Assembly (NCBI GenBank): GCA_965229705.1
Contig: OZ245922.1
Coordinates: 974,763 to 1,006,762 of the forward strand
Direction of reading: 5' to 3'
Source: Candidatus Saccharimonadota bacterium
GTDB lineage: Bacteria; Patescibacteriota; Gracilibacteria; BD1-5; UBA6164
DNA length: 32,000 nucleotides
Shown: positions 29,145 through 32,000 of the stretch, piece after piece
Layout of the letters: each line of letters starts with the position of its first letter
Position numbering within the stretch: the first letter of the stretch is position 1
Notes under the pieces: generated by a model
Told to the model about the DNA's origin: nothing
The model's database searches: none
What the model saw: only the letters and a program-made list of their open reading frames with translations
Position numbers and translations under genes: made by a program

Positions 29145-29768
29145 ATGTCGAATTTTGCTATATCAGCGGATATCCGTGAAAAAGGAATAAAAACTTCTCT
29201 TTTGAGAAAACAGCAAAAAGTTCCATGAGTGGTATATGGAAAATCACAAGAACCAGTCTCACTGAGTCTTGATGCATCTGACTTTCTCAGACTTTATAGA
29301 GCAGCATGAGAGAGTAGTATTATAGAACTGAGCGCAGGAAAAAAGAAAATAGAAGTTCTGATTCATGCAACACAAAAAGATCCTGTTATTGGAAACTTTA
29401 CTCATGTAGATTTTTATGCCATTACGCGAGGTGAAGTGCTGCAGACAAAAATTGCACTTACGCAAGTTGGAGACTCACCAGCTACGAGAGAAGGAGCTAT
29501 TCTTGAAGAATCACTCAGAGAAGTAGAAGTAAAATGTCTTCCAAGACACTTAGTAGATCACTTTGATGTAGATATTTCAGCTCTTGAAAAACCAGGAGAT
29601 GTTCTCAGAGTTTCAGATCTTGGTCTTGATGGAGAAAAGTATGAGATCGTTACAGCAATAGATGATGTAGTTGTTTCTGCGAGCCTTCCTCGAGCAGCAC
29701 TTGCAAGTGATGATGAAGAACCTCAAGAAGAAGTATCAGCAGAAACAGAAGAAAAAACAGAAGCATAA
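29145..29768 (+). CDS. rplY: 50S ribosomal protein L25 / general stress protein Ctc (long form), 207 aa
   Basis: ATG 29145 joins ORF 29436..29768 through two TGAs. It reads LRKQQKVP[G]VVYGKSQEPVSLSLD and VLIHATQKDPVIGNFTHVDFYAI, the L25 signature (..hPv......HvDF). An acidic C-terminal tail follows. Confidence 0.88.
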
Positions 29769-29835
29769 TAATTGATTTTTAGAACTTCTTCTCTATATTT
29801 TGAGGAGAAGTTTTTTATTTCTTATATTTTTTTCT

Positions 29836-30153
29836 ATGAAAGTCTATATATGGTGATCATCTGATGAAGCCACACATTTAAAAAATGCAGTTGCTGGAGT
29901 GCTGGAGGAACTCGGACTTACCGACTTTGTCGCACTAGAACAGTGACAAGATGAAGAGCTCAAGAAAAAACTATCTATTTCAAAGGATTCGGCTCTTGTT
30001 ATAGAAGAAGAGAGTATAGACTTTCAGGATATGATTTTTGAAGGAATGGTTCCTGAGGCAGAAGAGTTGAAGTCAATGTTTGTTTCGATTATTTGAGGAG
30101 GTTCTGGTGGATGATGTGCTCCTGGATGATGTGGAAGTTGATGTAGTTGTTAA
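29836..30153 (+). CDS. Thioredoxin_3-like small protein lacking the CxxC site, with a Gly/Cys-rich C-terminal tail, 105 aa
   Basis: It reads MKVYIW[G]SSDEATHLKNAVAGVLEELGLTDFVALEQ[G]QDEELKKKLSISKDSALVIEEESIDFQDMIFEGMVPEAEELKSMFVSII[G]GGSGG[G]CAPG[G]CGS[G]CSC*. The N-terminal ~85 aa are colinear with the small redox-active-disulfide-protein-2 fold (MKI.vLGsGCxkC...PALvi.g......G.vPs.eei), but GSGCxxC is replaced by GSSDEAT. A strong terminator follows. Confidence 0.55.
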
Positions 30154-30187
30154 AGAAACCCCGGGGTATACCTCGGGGTTTCTTTTT
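30154..30187. terminator. Terminator shared by convergent genes (stronger on the + strand)
   Basis: AGAAACCCCGGGG-tata-CCTCGGGGTTTCT forms a 13-bp stem with one G-U pair on the + strand RNA, followed by TTTTT. It has the same CCCCGGGG-type core as the terminators at 7675 and 19481. Confidence 0.8.
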
Positions 30188-31649
30188 ATGCTTCATCAGA
30201 GATAAGTTTCTCTTTTTCTGGTATGATTTCTTCTGGAACTGTTTCAAGAGCAGGAGGAGTTTCCTCTTGTACTGGTAGAGCTGGTGGTGGAGTCTCGCTT
30301 CGAGTTGGAGCAGTCTGTTTTACAATAGTATAATAGTCTGTGTATACCTTTTCTCCATCTTCTCCAAAATAATCTATTTTGTATTGATTGGTTCACTCTT
30401 GAAGATTATCAAATCTTGTAAACGCATGATACCTCCACGTACTTCCATTAAAAGACTTGAGCGTGAACCCATTAACTTGAACACTACTAATATTTTCTGC
30501 TGTGGTAATTCATCGAATAGTGATTTCTTGGCCACTGGTAGTAAATTTTCCAGTGACAGATGGAGCAGTGAAACCGAACTGATTTGCATCAACGCTATAA
30601 GTAGTAACTCATTGTGAGGCTGAAGAAGTAGTCGATGAGTCTTGTATCTTTGCGTTTGTATAAAGGGTGATAATCGATTTTTCTAGGATATTTTTTTCTT
30701 CATCAAAAATTTTTATGACTAGATCATGAACATTGCCACTGAGAGGAAAATCCTCAAGAATAAAAGTCTTTTCATTTTGATTGATACTGGCATCTATATT
30801 ATTAAAACTGATAGCTCAGAGATTGGTTGGTGTCGTGATTCTTCCGGCAATATTGATACTTGAAGAGCTGAGCTGTATTTCATCTTCTATGTTTTCAAGC
30901 TCTATATACGAGCTGATACTTTCTCAGCTGGAAGTATCTTCGCTTTGAAGAGATGTTTGTGAACTTATGAGATAGCCTTCGTTTTCAATATACCAATCAC
31001 TTTCCTTAAAGTATGTGTCAATATTGGTTTTTTCTATAGAAAGATCAATATCTTTTTTTGCGGCGTTTTGAGCAGAAATACTTATCTTTTGCCCTGCAGA
31101 GAGCTGGGTGCTTACTCATCAGAGGTTCTCAACTTTTGCGCTTCCTCTCAGAACATATATAGTGCTTCCTGCTTCGTTTTGAGTGAGAGATACAATACTT
31201 TGACTATTTGCATATACATCAGCATATCTCATAGAGATATGCATCTTTTCTGTGACATCAAACCAGGCATCAGAAGAATAAAACGAGAAACTTTCGTCGT
31301 TATTATATTTGAGCTCTGCAATCTTGTTGAGTGCGATTTGAGAACCATTTATAAGACTCAATTCTACAATACCTTCTTTGACGCTGAGAGTTTCTCATTT
31401 ATAGAGTCCTTCGTCATCATTGATACTTTCTTTTTTATTCCCAGGATAACTGATAATAGACTCTGTTGAGCTAGTTTTAAAACTTATATCGATAGGGGTA
31501 GCATTTGTCGCAGGTAGAAGGTCACCAGAAGAATTGTCTCATCGCAGAAAACTATATAAGATCAGGAGGATCAGAACTCATCATATAATAGGTACGATGT
31601 AGTCCTTGAGAGTGTTTTGAAGAGAGTTTCTTTTTCTGTAGCGAGACAT
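30186..31649 (-). CDS. Membrane-anchored FecR-domain-like surface protein with a Pro-rich C-terminus, 487 aa
   Basis: ATG 31649 to TAA 30186-30188, with ORF 31119..31361(-) in frame. There is an N-terminal TM segment (IVPII[GG]VLILLILYSFL). The block GSQIALNKIAELKYN...SSDAWFDVTEKMHISMRYADVYANSQSIVSLTQNEAGSTIYVLRGSAKVE resembles the FecR sensor-domain pattern. The C-terminus reads TAPTRSETPPPALPVQEETPPALETVPEE. Confidence 0.55.
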
Positions 31650-31818
31650 AGATAAGAGTTAGAAATATATATATCTGTATTTATAATGAGCTTTGAGAAT
31701 AATACAAGAAAATTTTTTTTGACTTTGAAGACATTTTTTTTAGTCTTCGTCTTGTATAGTGATTGAAAATAAAAAATATGCTTTCTTATTTACAGAAATT
31801 GCACCTGCTTCCCGTTTT

Positions 31819-31847
31819 CCCTTCTTTCTCAAGAAAGGGTGTTTTGT
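31819..31847 (+). promoter_or_regulatory. First terminator-like hairpin of the proS leader
   Basis: CCCTTCTTT-ctc-AAGAAAGGG pairs at 8 of 9 positions counting one G-U, and is followed by TGTTTTGT. Its 3' arm GAAAGGG can alternatively pair with CCCTTC of the next hairpin. Confidence 0.35.
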
Positions 31848-31867
31848 AAGATTTTTTGAAAAACTGC

Positions 31868-31901
31868 AATCCCTTCTTCGAGAGAAAGCAGGGATTTTTT
31901 T
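31868..31901 (+). terminator. Terminator-like hairpin 24 nt upstream of the proS ATG (candidate attenuator)
   Basis: AATCCCT-T-CTT / cgagaga / AAG-C-AGGGATT gives 10 bp with one internal mismatch, followed by TTTTTTT. Confidence 0.45.
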
Positions 31902-31924
31902 ATATATTATAGCTTATAACTCTT

Positions 31925-32000
31925 ATGCTAAAACTTTCTAACTTTCCATTTCAGACCCTCAAGTCAGCTCCAAAAGTGAGTGATAACCGTTCAACCAGTC
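31925..32000 (+). CDS. proS: Prolyl-tRNA synthetase, first 25 codons (continues beyond the window)
   Basis: It reads MLKLSNFPFQTLKSAPKVSDNRSTS... This matches the ProRS N-terminal pattern M..S.....TLKe.P.dae..Sh.L. Only 76 nt are visible. Confidence 0.5.
   Translation, partial: MLKLSNFPFQTLKSAPKVSDNRSTS

Noticed and set aside
29836-30153. The TGA-TGT pairs in the Cys-rich tail could be read as selenocysteine (U-C redox motifs).
   Set aside because: TGA is demonstrably Gly across the window, including codon 7 of this same gene inside the conserved fold. I saw no convincing SECIS-like hairpin immediately downstream of the TGAs; the only strong stem is the terminator after the stop. Sec cannot be formally excluded without proteomics.
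31759-31941. A 60-aa plus-strand ORF covers the proS leader and overlaps the proS start.
   Set aside because: It has a GTG start, runs through both terminator-like hairpins and overlaps the well-matching ProRS N-terminus in another frame. It is most likely non-coding leader.

Overview
This is a low-GC bacterial chromosomal segment that only reads coherently under translation table 25 (UGA = Gly), as used by Gracilibacteria/Absconditabacteria-type CPR lineages. The supplied standard-code ORF track cuts every conserved gene at TGA. Those in-frame TGAs sit at invariant glycines: MC[G]I in GlmS, SAV[G]YQPT in AtpD, SRVG[G] in AtpA, [GG]YDGKG in PurK and RV[G]DYR in RelE/ParE. Re-stitched, the window starts with nrdB (partial), nrdA, an M48 peptidase (-), a multi-bPH_2 membrane protein and a stand-alone cNMP-binding protein (-). 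Next comes an F1-less Fo-like module (subunit a, a fused double-hairpin c-c, subunit b, with its own terminator). It lies directly upstream of a complete F1Fo operon: small ORF, then atpB-E-F-H-A-G-D-C. That operon is interrupted twice. Between atpA and atpG there is a ~1.3 kb array holding a DUF2283-like remnant and two antitoxin/RelE-ParE toxin cassettes, the second toxin frameshifted. Three arrays of 14-bp tandem repeats punctuate it, and the last array ends exactly at the atpG GTG. Between atpG and atpD sit a membrane protein with a Lys-rich tail and an RNase HI gene. Downstream are a SAM methyltransferase, glmS, purK (-), lysC, a YbaK/ProX-like deacylase, murF, a small membrane ORF (-) and murA (-). 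These are followed by a 639-aa degenerate-PP2C/TM/repeat protein, yebC (-), rplY, a thioredoxin-fold protein with a Gly/Cys-rich tail, a FecR-domain surface protein (-) and the first codons of proS. I recognised no rRNA, tRNA, CRISPR array or transposase. All coordinates come from manual reading with TGA read as Gly.
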